From: Planctomycetota bacterium
GTDB taxonomy: Bacteria > Planctomycetota > B15-G4 > SIAN01
DNA: 64,000 bases
Direction of reading: 5' to 3'
Assembly (NCBI GenBank): GCA_031409275.1
Contig: JANNXA010000010.1
Location: 64,001 to 128,000 of the forward strand
The position numbers were made by a program, and so were the translations under genes. Positions 55,654-64,000 of the stretch are shown piece after piece. The notes under the pieces were generated by a model. The model did not search any database, had not been told where the DNA came from, and worked only from the letters and a program-made list of their open reading frames with translations. Numbering within the stretch: the first letter of the stretch is position 1; each line of letters begins with the position of its first letter.

Positions 55654-56133
55654 TCACTTGCCGACGAGAGACGCGAGGAACTCAACGACCACGCGGCACG
55701 CCCCCCAGATGAGGCGGCCGATCCACGTCCTACCGGTCGGGAAACCGTCGTGCGGGCCCGTCACCGGCGCAAGCGGAGGGCGCGGCCGGTCGAGCCACGC
55801 CTCGAGCTCCGGCGGGACGAGCAGTCCGGCGCAGCTCGCGCATTGGTGCAGCGCTCGTTGCTGGTAGCGATGCGCCGCGAGCGTCGACGTGCGGCAATCG
55901 GGACAGGCCAGCGGGGGCTCGTCGCTCACTGCCGCAAGCCGACCGTCCCGCGGATCGAGGCGCGGCTCGCGACCGCGCGCCACGGCGTAGCGGGCGAGTT
56001 CGCCGTGGCCGAACCACAGCGACTTGCATCGCGGACAGCGCCGAAGCGCGACGCCGCGCGCTGGCGACTCGCGAACGAGCGCTGCGCCATCGCGCGGACA
56101 GGAGGCGCGCGCCCCATCGAGGAACGCACTCAC
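55654..56133 (-). CDS. Double zf-TFIIB zinc-ribbon protein
   Basis: CPRD, CPRCKSLWFGHGEL, CPDC, CASCAGL; GTG 56131-56133 overlaps the upstream TGA. Confidence 0.78.
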   Translation of the reverse strand: MSAFLDGARASCPRDGAALVRESPARGVALRRCPRCKSLWFGHGELARYAVARGREPRLDPRDGRLAAVSDEPPLACPDCRTSTLAAHRYQQRALHQCASCAGLLVPPELEAWLDRPRPPLAPVTGPHDGFPTGRTWIGRLIWGACRVVVEFLASLVGK

Positions 56134-56591
56134 CGCCAACGCAGCCAGATGGAGATCACGCCGCCGAAGAGTGCTGCCCAGGTCGGAACGTCGCGCGGCG
56201 GTTCGATGGGCGACGACGCGCGCGGCGGTGGCGGTACCGGCCGATCGAGGGACTGCTGCAACTGAGGCTGAACGAAGAGGCCGCGACAACTCGCGCAGCC
56301 GCCGACCGGGGCGCCGTTCCACACACGCCACTCGAGCGTCAGGGTCGAGCAAGCCGGGCAGCGGCCGGGCGGCGCCACCGTCGCCGCTGCGGGGGAATCG
56401 GCGGCATCGACCGGCGGCACGCTCGGCTGGCGTCCGCGCGCCGCGATCCACACCGCCAGCTCGCCGCCGTCGAACCAGAGCCCGTCGCACTCGCAACAGC
56501 GGTCGAGCGCGACCTCTCCATGCGCCGCTTCGCCACGCATCGCCGCGGCGCACTGCGGACACTCGCGGCGCGACGACTTGCGGCTCGCCAT
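56130..56591 (-). CDS. Double zf-TFIIB zinc-ribbon protein with C-terminal TM helix
   Basis: CPQC, CCECDGLWFDGGEL, CPAC, CASCRGLF; ATG 56589-56591. Confidence 0.8.
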   Translation of the reverse strand: MASRKSSRRECPQCAAAMRGEAAHGEVALDRCCECDGLWFDGGELAVWIAARGRQPSVPPVDAADSPAAATVAPPGRCPACSTLTLEWRVWNGAPVGGCASCRGLFVQPQLQQSLDRPVPPPPRASSPIEPPRDVPTWAALFGGVISIWLRWR

Positions 56592-56613
56592 CGATGGTCG
56601 CTCCGCGACGCGT

Positions 56614-57480
56614 TCAGCTCGCGGGAGTGGCGTAGTCGTAGAAGCCGCGTTGGCTCTTCCGACCCAACAGTCCCGCGGCCACCATCCGCCGCAACAGCGG
56701 GCACGGCCGGTACTTGTCGTCACCGAGATCGCGGTGGAGCACCTCCATGATGAACAGGCACGTATCGAGCCCGATCAGATCAGCGAGCGTGAGCGGCCCC
56801 ATCGGGTGGCCCATGCCGAGCTTCATCACCTCGTCGATCGCCTCCTTGGTGGCGACCCCTTCCATCAGGCAGAAGATCGCTTCGTTGATCATCGGCATCA
56901 GCACGCGGTTGCTGACGAAGCCGGGGTAGTCGTTGGCCAGCACCGGCGTCTTGCCGAGCTTCCGGGTGGTCGCGACGATCGTTGCCGTCGTCTCGTCGCT
57001 GGTGAGCTGCCCGCGGATGATCTCCACGAGCTTCATCACGGGCACCGGGTTCATGAAGTGCATGCCGATGACGCGCTCGGGGCGATCGCTCTTGGCGGCC
57101 AGCCGCGTGATCGAGATCGAAGAGGTGTTCGAGGCGAGCAGCGTGCGCTTCTCGGTCGAGGCGGAGAGCTTCTGGAACAGCTCGGCCTTGACCTCGAAGT
57201 TCTCGGGCACGGCCTCGATGACGAGATCGGCTTCGGCCGCGTCGAGCAGGCGCGGACTCGGCTTCACGCGCGCGGCGATGGCGTCCGCGTCGGCCTGCGC
57301 CAGCGTCCCCTTCTTCACCATGCGCGCGAGGCTGCCGCGAATCGCCGCGACGCCGCGCTCGAGCGACCCTTCGAAAGCGTCGACCAGCGTGACGGTGAGG
57401 CCGGCCTGCGCGAAGACCTGCGCGATGCCGTTGCCCATCGTTCCCGCCCCGATCACGCTCACTCGCTCGATGTCGCCCAC
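56614..57480 (-). CDS. hbd: 3-hydroxybutyryl-CoA dehydrogenase
   Basis: [38 protein letters not shown] start. Confidence 0.95.
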   Translation of the reverse strand: MGDIERVSVIGAGTMGNGIAQVFAQAGLTVTLVDAFEGSLERGVAAIRGSLARMVKKGTLAQADADAIAARVKPSPRLLDAAEADLVIEAVPENFEVKAELFQKLSASTEKRTLLASNTSSISITRLAAKSDRPERVIGMHFMNPVPVMKLVEIIRGQLTSDETTATIVATTRKLGKTPVLANDYPGFVSNRVLMPMINEAIFCLMEGVATKEAIDEVMKLGMGHPMGPLTLADLIGLDTCLFIMEVLHRDLGDDKYRPCPLLRRMVAAGLLGRKSQRGFYDYATPAS

Positions 57481-57551
57481 GTTCACCTCACCTTGAAGTT
57501 GCCGAGCGCGCCAAGGATGCGCTCGGCTGCGTCCACCCGACTCGCCGGCTC

Positions 57552-58733
57552 CTACCGCTCGACCGCCAGAGCGACGCCGTTGCCGCCGCCGAGGCACAAC
57601 GACGCCAGGCCCTGCTTCTTGCCCTGCGCCTGCAGCGCGTAGAGGAGCGTCGTGAGCACGCGCGCGCCGCTGGCGCCGATCGGGTGGCCAAGCGCGACGG
57701 CGCCGCCGTTCACGTTCACGCGCGCCGGATCGAAACCGCATTCGCGGGTGACGGCGATCGCCTGGACGGCGAACGCCTCGTTGAGCTCGACCACCTCGTA
57801 GGTGTCGGCCTTCGCGCCGATCTTCTGGTTCAGCCGCTTCACCGCCTCGACGGGCGCCATCATCACCCACTCGGGCGCCATGCCGCCGGTCGCGTAGCCG
57901 CGCACGCGCGCGAGCACCTTGCAGCCGAGCTCGGCCGCGCGCTTCTCCGACATCACCACCAGCGCCGCCGCGCCGTCGTTGATGGTCGAGGCGTTGCCGG
58001 CCGTGACCGTCCCGCCCTCCTTCTTGAAGGCCGGCTTCAACTTGCCGAGCTTCGCCGCATCGCTGTCGGCGCGCGGCCCTTCGTCGGCGCTGACGACGAT
58101 CGGATCGCCCTTCGGCTGCGCCACCTTCACCGGCACGATCTCCGCGGCGAACTTCCCGGCGCTCGCCGCCGCCACCGCCTTCGAGTGCGAGCCGGCCGCG
58201 AAGCGATCCTGCTCGTCACGGCCGATCGAGTACTTCTCGGCGACCTTCTCGGCGGTCATGCCCATGTGGAAGTCGTTGTAGATGTCCCACAGGCCATCGA
58301 AGATCATCGCGTCGATCAGCTTGCCGTGGCCCAGACGCACCCCTTCGCGCGCTTCCGGCAGCAGATAGGGCGCCCGCGACATGCATTCCATGCCGCCCGC
58401 GACGATGCACTCGGCGTCGCCGGCGCGGATCGCTTGCGCCGCGAGCATCACCGCCTTCAGCCCCGACCCGCACACCTTGTTGATGGTGACCGCCCCGATC
58501 GAGTCGGGCAGTCCTGCGCCGAGCGCCGCTTGCCGCGCCGGGTTCTGGCCGACGCCCGCCTGCAGCACGTGGCCCATGATCACTTCTTCGACCAGCGCCG
58601 GATCGATGCCGGCGCGCACGACGGCTTCCTTTACGGCGAGCGCGCCGAGCTGCGGTGCGCGCATCGAATTGAACGCGCCCTGGAAGCGCCCGATCGGAGT
58701 GCGAACGGCGCTGACGATGACGGCTTCGACCAT
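57552..58733 (-). CDS. Acetyl-CoA C-acetyltransferase (thiolase)
   Basis: [39 protein letters not shown] 58731-58733. Confidence 0.96.
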   Translation of the reverse strand: MVEAVIVSAVRTPIGRFQGAFNSMRAPQLGALAVKEAVVRAGIDPALVEEVIMGHVLQAGVGQNPARQAALGAGLPDSIGAVTINKVCGSGLKAVMLAAQAIRAGDAECIVAGGMECMSRAPYLLPEAREGVRLGHGKLIDAMIFDGLWDIYNDFHMGMTAEKVAEKYSIGRDEQDRFAAGSHSKAVAAASAGKFAAEIVPVKVAQPKGDPIVVSADEGPRADSDAAKLGKLKPAFKKEGGTVTAGNASTINDGAAALVVMSEKRAAELGCKVLARVRGYATGGMAPEWVMMAPVEAVKRLNQKIGAKADTYEVVELNEAFAVQAIAVTRECGFDPARVNVNGGAVALGHPIGASGARVLTTLLYALQAQGKKQGLASLCLGGGNGVALAVER

Positions 58734-58770
58734 GACTTCGCTCCTGCTGGAATCGCGGGAGCGGCGGACA

Positions 58771-59532
58771 TTACCAGCGCGCCGAGCGCCGTCGCGGCGC
58801 GGCGCGCAGCGCCGTCGACGCCGCCCCGCGGAGGCGCGCGAGCACGGTCGGCGCCGCCGAACGGACGGCGGCGGGCGCTTGGCCGCATGCGCCAGCGAAT
58901 GCGAACAGCCCGAGCGCGAAGAAGAGCTCGCCAAGCTCCTGAGCGTCGTTGCGGTGGGCGAGCGGCAGCCAGTCGGCGAGGCGCCGCACGAACGCCAGCG
59001 CGACCAGCAGGAATGGCGCCGCGGCGAGCGGCAGCAGCGGCACGCCGCGGCGCCACGCGAGCCGCGCCAGCGGCGGGCAGAGCGGTGCGACCGCGGCGGT
59101 CGCGATCAGCAGCACGAGCGTGGCGACCAGCAACGAGTACTTCAGCTGCTGGATGCCGTGCAAGTTGTGGAAATTGACCTCGCTTTGCGCGTTCAGCGCG
59201 CGCAGCGGCTCGGGACTCGCGAAGCCGAGGAGCCGCTGGCCCCAGCTGATCTCCTCGCCGACGAAGAGCACCATCGTCGCCGCGCCGAGGCGCAGCAGCG
59301 GCCGCCAGAGCGGACCGCTCCCCTCCGGTCGCGGCGCGAACGAGCGGCGCGCGAAGAGCCACGCCGCGCCGGCGAAGGCGAACGCCGTCGCCGCCTCGAC
59401 CGGCCCATCCTCGTGGCACGCGGAATGGACCGACGCCGCCCCGTGGCGGCACCACGCCATCGCGAGCGCGGCAGCGACGAAGGCTGCGAGCAGCAGCCAG
59501 AGCGAGCGATTCGAGAGCGAGAGTGACGACAT
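58771..59532 (-). CDS. Conserved hypothetical integral membrane protein
   Basis: [25 protein letters not shown] motifs; several TM segments. Confidence 0.75.
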   Translation of the reverse strand: MSSLSLSNRSLWLLLAAFVAAALAMAWCRHGAASVHSACHEDGPVEAATAFAFAGAAWLFARRSFAPRPEGSGPLWRPLLRLGAATMVLFVGEEISWGQRLLGFASPEPLRALNAQSEVNFHNLHGIQQLKYSLLVATLVLLIATAAVAPLCPPLARLAWRRGVPLLPLAAAPFLLVALAFVRRLADWLPLAHRNDAQELGELFFALGLFAFAGACGQAPAAVRSAAPTVLARLRGAASTALRAAPRRRSARW

Positions 59533-59650
59533 GCGAGGTCCGCGGCGGAGTCGAGCGCGAGCAGCGAGCGAGAGCGCTGCTCCATGGAGAACACGGATCT
59601 CCGACCGCGGCCGCGTCGCGACAGGCGATGCGGAAGAGGTTTCGTGCCGC

Positions 59651-60031
59651 CTACTCGGCCGAAGGCGGCGGCAGATCGATGGCAAGCAACGTGCCGTCGA
59701 ACGCGGCGCGCGCCTGCTCCTTGTCGAAGCGGCGCGGCACCGGCAGCACCGCGCCGAGCCAGCCGGTCGCGGCGCTCGCGCAGCGCGCGCGCACCAGGAA
59801 GGCTTCGTCGAGCTCGTCGACCTCGATCGCCTCGCTCGCGATGCCCCCTAGCACCACATGCCAGTGCATCCCGTCGCCGTCGACCTGCCACGTCGCCGGC
59901 GCCTCGTCGAAGAAAGAGTGCGGCGTGACTCCGGCCGTACCCGGGAACTCCCGCGCCAGAGCGGCCGCGACGGCGTCGCGCGCGTGGTCGATCTCGCGAC
60001 GCATCTGCACCAGTTCGGCTTCAGTGACCAT
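59651..60031 (-). CDS. Divergent Hsp20/alpha-crystallin-like protein
   Basis: LGGIASEAIEV...LPVPRRFDKEQARAAFDGTLLAIDLP resembles the sHSP C-terminal signature. Confidence 0.55.
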   Translation of the reverse strand: MVTEAELVQMRREIDHARDAVAAALAREFPGTAGVTPHSFFDEAPATWQVDGDGMHWHVVLGGIASEAIEVDELDEAFLVRARCASAATGWLGAVLPVPRRFDKEQARAAFDGTLLAIDLPPPSAE

Positions 60032-60158
60032 GCGACCATCCAGGGAGAGGAGGCTCGCGGCGGCGACGCATCGGTGAGCGCCGCGGGCGACGGTTACTAT
60101 CCTCCGCCCCGCACGCAACAGGGGGCCCTGCGGCCCCCCGCACGGAGGCACTCACGGG

Positions 60159-62825
60159 ATGCGCACGCCGATGACCCAAGACCCCGATCCGATCGAAACG
60201 CAGGAATGGGCCGAGTCCCTCGACGGCGTGCTGCAGGTGAACGGGCGCGGACGCGCCGAGTTCCTCGTCGGTCGGCTGCTCGAACACGCCGCGCGCTCCG
60301 GCATCGACCTGCCCGCGCCGATGAACACGCCCTACCTCAACACGATCCCAGCCGTGCTGCAGCCCGCCTATCCGGGCGATCGCGAGGTCGAACGGCGGCT
60401 CAAGCGTCTCATCCGCTGGAATGCGATGGCGCTCGTCCACAGCGCCAACCAGCGCACGCCGGGCATCGGCGGCCACATCTCGACCTTCGCGTCCACCTCC
60501 ACGCTGTTCGAGGTCGGCCTCAACTGGTTCTTCCGCGGCCGCACCGCCGACCAGATCGGCGACCAGGTCTTCTTCCAAGGCCACGCGTCGCCCGGCCTCT
60601 ACGCACGCGCCTGGCTCGAGGGGCGCCTCACCGACTCGCAGATGATGAACTTCCGGCGCGAGCTGCAGCCGGGCGGCGGCCTCTCCTCCTATCCGCATCC
60701 CTGGCTGATGCCCGACTTCTGGCAGTTCCCGTCGGTCTCGATGGGCCTCTCGCCGCTCTGCTCGATCTACCAGGCGCGCTTCAACCGCTACCTGCTGCAC
60801 CGCGGCATGGCCGACACCAGCAACAGCCGCGTCTGGGCCTTCCTCGGCGACGGCGAGATGGACGAGCCCGAATCGCTTGGCGCCATCACGCTGGCCTCGC
60901 GCGAGAAGCTCGACAACCTCACCTGGATCGTGAACTGCAATCTGCAGCGGCTCGATGGACCGGTGCGCGGCAACGGGAAGATCATCCAGGAGCTCGAAGC
61001 CGCCTTCCGCGGCGCCGGCTGGAACGTGATCAAGGTGATCTGGGGTTCCGCCTGGGATCCGCTGCTGGACGCCGACACGACCGGCGCGCTGGTCAAGCGG
61101 ATGGGTGAGACGGTCGACGGTCAGTACCAGAAGTACGTGGTCGAAGAGGGCGGCTACATCCGCGAACGTTTCTTCGGCCCGGAACCGGAACTCGGGCGCC
61201 TCGTCGCCCACTTGAGCGACACCGACATCCGTCGCCTGAATCGCGGCGGCCACGACCCGGCCAAGGTCTACGCGGCGTTCAAGGAGGCCACCGAGACCAC
61301 CGGTCGGCCGACCGTGATCCTCGCCAAGACCGTGAAGGGCTACGGGCTAGGCGAAGCGGGCGAGGGGCGCAACACCTCGCACAACCAGAAGCACCTCGAA
61401 GAAGCGCAGATCCAGAAGTTCCTCTCGCGCATCGAACTCGAGATCCCGGGCCGCAAGGAAGGCGAAGCGCCGTTCTGGAAACCGGCGGAGAACAGCCCCG
61501 AGCTCGAGTACCTGCGCGAGCGGCGAGCGGCGCTCGGCGGTCCGCTGCCGCGGCGCGTCGTCGTCAGCAAGCCGATCGAGGTACCGACGCTCGACTTCTT
61601 CAAGGACTTCCTCGGCGGCAGCGGCACCCAGCAGATCAGCACGACGATGGCGCACGTGCGCATGATGGCCGCGCTGCTCAAGCACCCCGGGATCGGCAAG
61701 CGGCTGGTGCCGATCGTGCCGGACGAGGCGCGCACCTTCGGCATGGAGTCGCTGTTCCGCCAGTGTGCGATCTATGCATCGCAGGGCCAGCTCTACGAGC
61801 CGGTCGACAAGGCGCAGTACCTCTACTACCGCGAGGCGAAGGACGGCCAGATCCTCGAGGAAGGGATCAACGAGGCCGGCTCGCTCGCGAGCTTCATCGC
61901 CGCCGGAACGTCGTACGCGACGCATGGCGAACCGATGATCCCGATGTTCACCTTCTATTCGATGTTCGGCATGCAGCGCGTCGGCGACCTCGTCTGGCAG
62001 GCCGCCGACAACCGTGCGCGCGGCTTCCTGTTCGGCGCGACGGCGGGTCGCACCACGCTGAACGGCGAAGGGCTGCAGCATGAGGACGGCAACAGCCACC
62101 TGCTGGCGCTGCCGGTCCCCAACCTCGTCGCCTACGACGCCACCTACGCCTACGAGCTGGCGACGATCGTGCAGGACGGCATCAAGCGCATGTACGGCGA
62201 CGGCGAGGACGTCCTCTACTACGTCACGATCTACAACGAGAACTACGAGATGCCGGCGATGCCGGAAGGCGCGCGCGAAGGGATCCTGCGCGGACTTCAT
62301 CGCGTGCGCCGCGGCGAAGGCGGCAACAAGCGGCGCGTCCATCTGCTGGGTTCGGGAACGATCCTGCGCGAGGCGCTGCGCGCGGCGGACCTGCTGCGCG
62401 ACAAGTTCGGCGTCACGGCCGACGTCTGGTCGGTCACCAGCTGGAAGGAGCTGCGGCGCGACGCGCTCGCATGCGAGCGCTGGAACATGCTGCACCCCGA
62501 CCAGCCGATGCGCACGCCTTGGATCACCCAGCAGTTCCGCGACGAGCCGTGGCCGGTGGTGGCGACCACCGACTTCGTGAAGGCGATGCCCCACCTGATC
62601 GCGCCGTGGATCCCGCAAGGGCTGCATGCGCTGGGCACCGACGGGTTCGGCCGCAGCGAGACGCGCGCGTCGCTGCGCAACTTCTTCGAGGTCGATGCCG
62701 AGCACGTCGCCGTGGCGGCGCTCTGGCAGCTGTCGAAAGAGGGCGAGATCAAGCCCGCCGACGTCGCCAAGGCGATCCGCGAGCTCGGCGTCGATCCCGA
62801 GGTCGCCTGCCCGACCACGCGGTGA
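60159..62825 (+). CDS. aceE: Pyruvate dehydrogenase E1, homodimeric type
   Basis: DPDPIETQEW, GGHIST, QGHASPG, GDGEMDEPES, NLQRLDGPV, GEGLQHEDG, LGTDGFGRS. Confidence 0.97.
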   Translation: MRTPMTQDPDPIETQEWAESLDGVLQVNGRGRAEFLVGRLLEHAARSGIDLPAPMNTPYLNTIPAVLQPAYPGDREVERRLKRLIRWNAMALVHSANQRTPGIGGHISTFASTSTLFEVGLNWFFRGRTADQIGDQVFFQGHASPGLYARAWLEGRLTDSQMMNFRRELQPGGGLSSYPHPWLMPDFWQFPSVSMGLSPLCSIYQARFNRYLLHRGMADTSNSRVWAFLGDGEMDEPESLGAITLASREKLDNLTWIVNCNLQRLDGPVRGNGKIIQELEAAFRGAGWNVIKVIWGSAWDPLLDADTTGALVKRMGETVDGQYQKYVVEEGGYIRERFFGPEPELGRLVAHLSDTDIRRLNRGGHDPAKVYAAFKEATETTGRPTVILAKTVKGYGLGEAGEGRNTSHNQKHLEEAQIQKFLSRIELEIPGRKEGEAPFWKPAENSPELEYLRERRAALGGPLPRRVVVSKPIEVPTLDFFKDFLGGSGTQQISTTMAHVRMMAALLKHPGIGKRLVPIVPDEARTFGMESLFRQCAIYASQGQLYEPVDKAQYLYYREAKDGQILEEGINEAGSLASFIAAGTSYATHGEPMIPMFTFYSMFGMQRVGDLVWQAADNRARGFLFGATAGRTTLNGEGLQHEDGNSHLLALPVPNLVAYDATYAYELATIVQDGIKRMYGDGEDVLYYVTIYNENYEMPAMPEGAREGILRGLHRVRRGEGGNKRRVHLLGSGTILREALRAADLLRDKFGVTADVWSVTSWKELRRDALACERWNMLHPDQPMRTPWITQQFRDEPWPVVATTDFVKAMPHLIAPWIPQGLHALGTDGFGRSETRASLRNFFEVDAEHVAVAALWQLSKEGEIKPADVAKAIRELGVDPEVACPTTR

Positions 62826-63532
62826 ACGGGGACGACGAGGCGCCGCAGGTCGCCGGCCTGCCGCTCAAGTGGACGAGCTTCCCGTGGCCGGCCGGCTCGA
62901 CGCCGCCGGCTGCGGGAATCGGCGAGCCGGCGTTTCGCATGTACGTGCTGCAGGACCCCGACACGCTGCTCGACCTGATCACCGAAGAGGAGTACCGCGC
63001 GCACGACGACCGGATGCCCTACTTCGGGGAGATCTGGCCGTCCGCCGAATCGCTGGTGGCGAAGCTCCTGTCCGGTCCGCCGCTCGACGGCACCCGCGTG
63101 CTCGACCTCGGCTGCGGGCTCGGCCCCTGCGGCTTCGCGGCGGCGGCGCGCGGCGCCCACGTGACCTTCATGGACTGGGAACCGCGCGCGCTCGAGATCA
63201 TCGGCCGCAGCGTGGTGAAGCAGGGGCGGCCGCTCTCCGACTTCGACTTTGTCGTCGCCGATTGGCGCAAGCCGCCGCCGCTGGCGCCCTTTCGCCTCGT
63301 CCTGGGCGCCGACGTGCTCTACGAGGAGCGCAACGCGCCGGCCGTCGCCGCCTTCCTCGCCGCCCATCTGCCGCCCGGCGGCGAAGCGTGGATCGGCGAT
63401 CCCGGGCGTCCGCACTCGCGGCGCTTTCCCGCGCTGGCGCAACAGCACGGCCTCACCTTCCGCGGCAGCGAGATCCTGCCGCCGCAGAAGCACGGGATCG
63501 AAGTCGTCCTGCAGCGCTACGCCCGCGACTGA
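62822..63532 (+). CDS. Class I SAM-dependent methyltransferase (family 16 / lysine methyltransferase-like)
   Basis: PYFGEIWPSA, VLDLGCGLG, GADVLYE, GDPGR; GTG 62822-62824 overlaps the aceE TGA. Confidence 0.85.
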   Translation: MNGDDEAPQVAGLPLKWTSFPWPAGSTPPAAGIGEPAFRMYVLQDPDTLLDLITEEEYRAHDDRMPYFGEIWPSAESLVAKLLSGPPLDGTRVLDLGCGLGPCGFAAAARGAHVTFMDWEPRALEIIGRSVVKQGRPLSDFDFVVADWRKPPPLAPFRLVLGADVLYEERNAPAVAAFLAAHLPPGGEAWIGDPGRPHSRRFPALAQQHGLTFRGSEILPPQKHGIEVVLQRYARD

Positions 63533-63560
63533 GCCCGCGACCGAGCGGGCGATCGGCCGA

Positions 63561-63845
63561 TCAGGGGATCCAGCCCGCGCGCCACGCCATCAGCCACGCA
63601 ACGGCGTGCAGCGCGACGATCGCGAACAGGACGAGGCGGAACGACAGCTTCTGCGTCTTGTGCCGGAAGACGCGCGAGCCCAGCAGCGCACCCGGCCAGC
63701 CGCACAGCAGCGCCAGCAGGTGCAGCGTGTTCTCCGGCACGCGTCGGCCGCCGCGGCGCGAGCGCGACTTGTCGAATCCGTAGGCCACGAAGGCCGCGAG
63801 GCTCGCGACGCCGTGAACGGCGAGGATCGTCGGCAAGGTCGTCAT
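63561..63845 (-). CDS. DUF1294 membrane protein
   Basis: YGFDKSRS, RVPENTLHLL, GWPGA, FRHKTQKLSF; ATG 63843-63845. Confidence 0.9.
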   Translation of the reverse strand: MTTLPTILAVHGVASLAAFVAYGFDKSRSRRGGRRVPENTLHLLALLCGWPGALLGSRVFRHKTQKLSFRLVLFAIVALHAVAWLMAWRAGWIP

Positions 63846-63903
63846 GGCACCCGATCGCCCGCGCGGCGAGGCGCGCCCTCGATACCGCTTTCGGCGCGCG
63901 CGC

Positions 63904-63999
63904 TCACTGCACCGTGATCGTCTGCGAATTGGTGACCAGCAGGTCGCCGTTCGCGGCAATTCCCCAGCACTCGAAGGTGAACGACATGCCGGAGAGGCT
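63904..63999 (-). CDS. 3' end of a probable secreted protein (runs off window end)
   Basis: Frame SLSGMSFTFECWGIAANGDLLVTNSQTITVQ, stop TGA 63904-63906. Confidence 0.55.
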   Translation of the reverse strand, partial: SLSGMSFTFECWGIAANGDLLVTNSQTITVQ

Positions 64000-64000
64000 T

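Overview
Very GC-rich, gene-dense 64 kb bacterial window. A Planctomycetota-like origin is inferred from gene content (CRTAC1/FG-GAP proteins, sulfatase-like protein, DUF1080-like lipoprotein) and is not proven. It is mostly core metabolism: acnA, fumC, leuB-type dehydrogenase, aceE, three thiolases, two 3-hydroxyacyl-CoA dehydrogenases, a crotonase, three acyl-CoA dehydrogenases, a B12 block (icmF, stand-alone B12-binding subunit, meaB), KtrAB, a MacAB-like ABC exporter, and a P-type ATPase/AMP-phosphorylase-like/PRPP-synthetase-like operon, plus many exported proteins and lipoproteins. I found no rRNA, tRNA, CRISPR array, transposase or integrase. The most notable signals are: (1) a 630 bp mosaic of highly structured repeats with compensatory changes at 13.2-13.9 kb, which also supplies the fumC stop codon; (2) a 369 bp MITE-like element with perfect 28 bp terminal inverted repeats at 52.0-52.4 kb; (3) a divergent pair of a Tat-exported PLP enzyme and a lipoprotein RidA; (4) a shared C-terminal domain on unrelated secreted proteins, a candidate sorting signal; (5) a family-16-type methyltransferase coupled to aceE; (6) a DUF5678-like/aspartic-protease-like fusion; and (7) several catalytic-motif substitutions and a frameshifted TRL-like gene. 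All family calls come from motif recognition by eye; no database searches were run.
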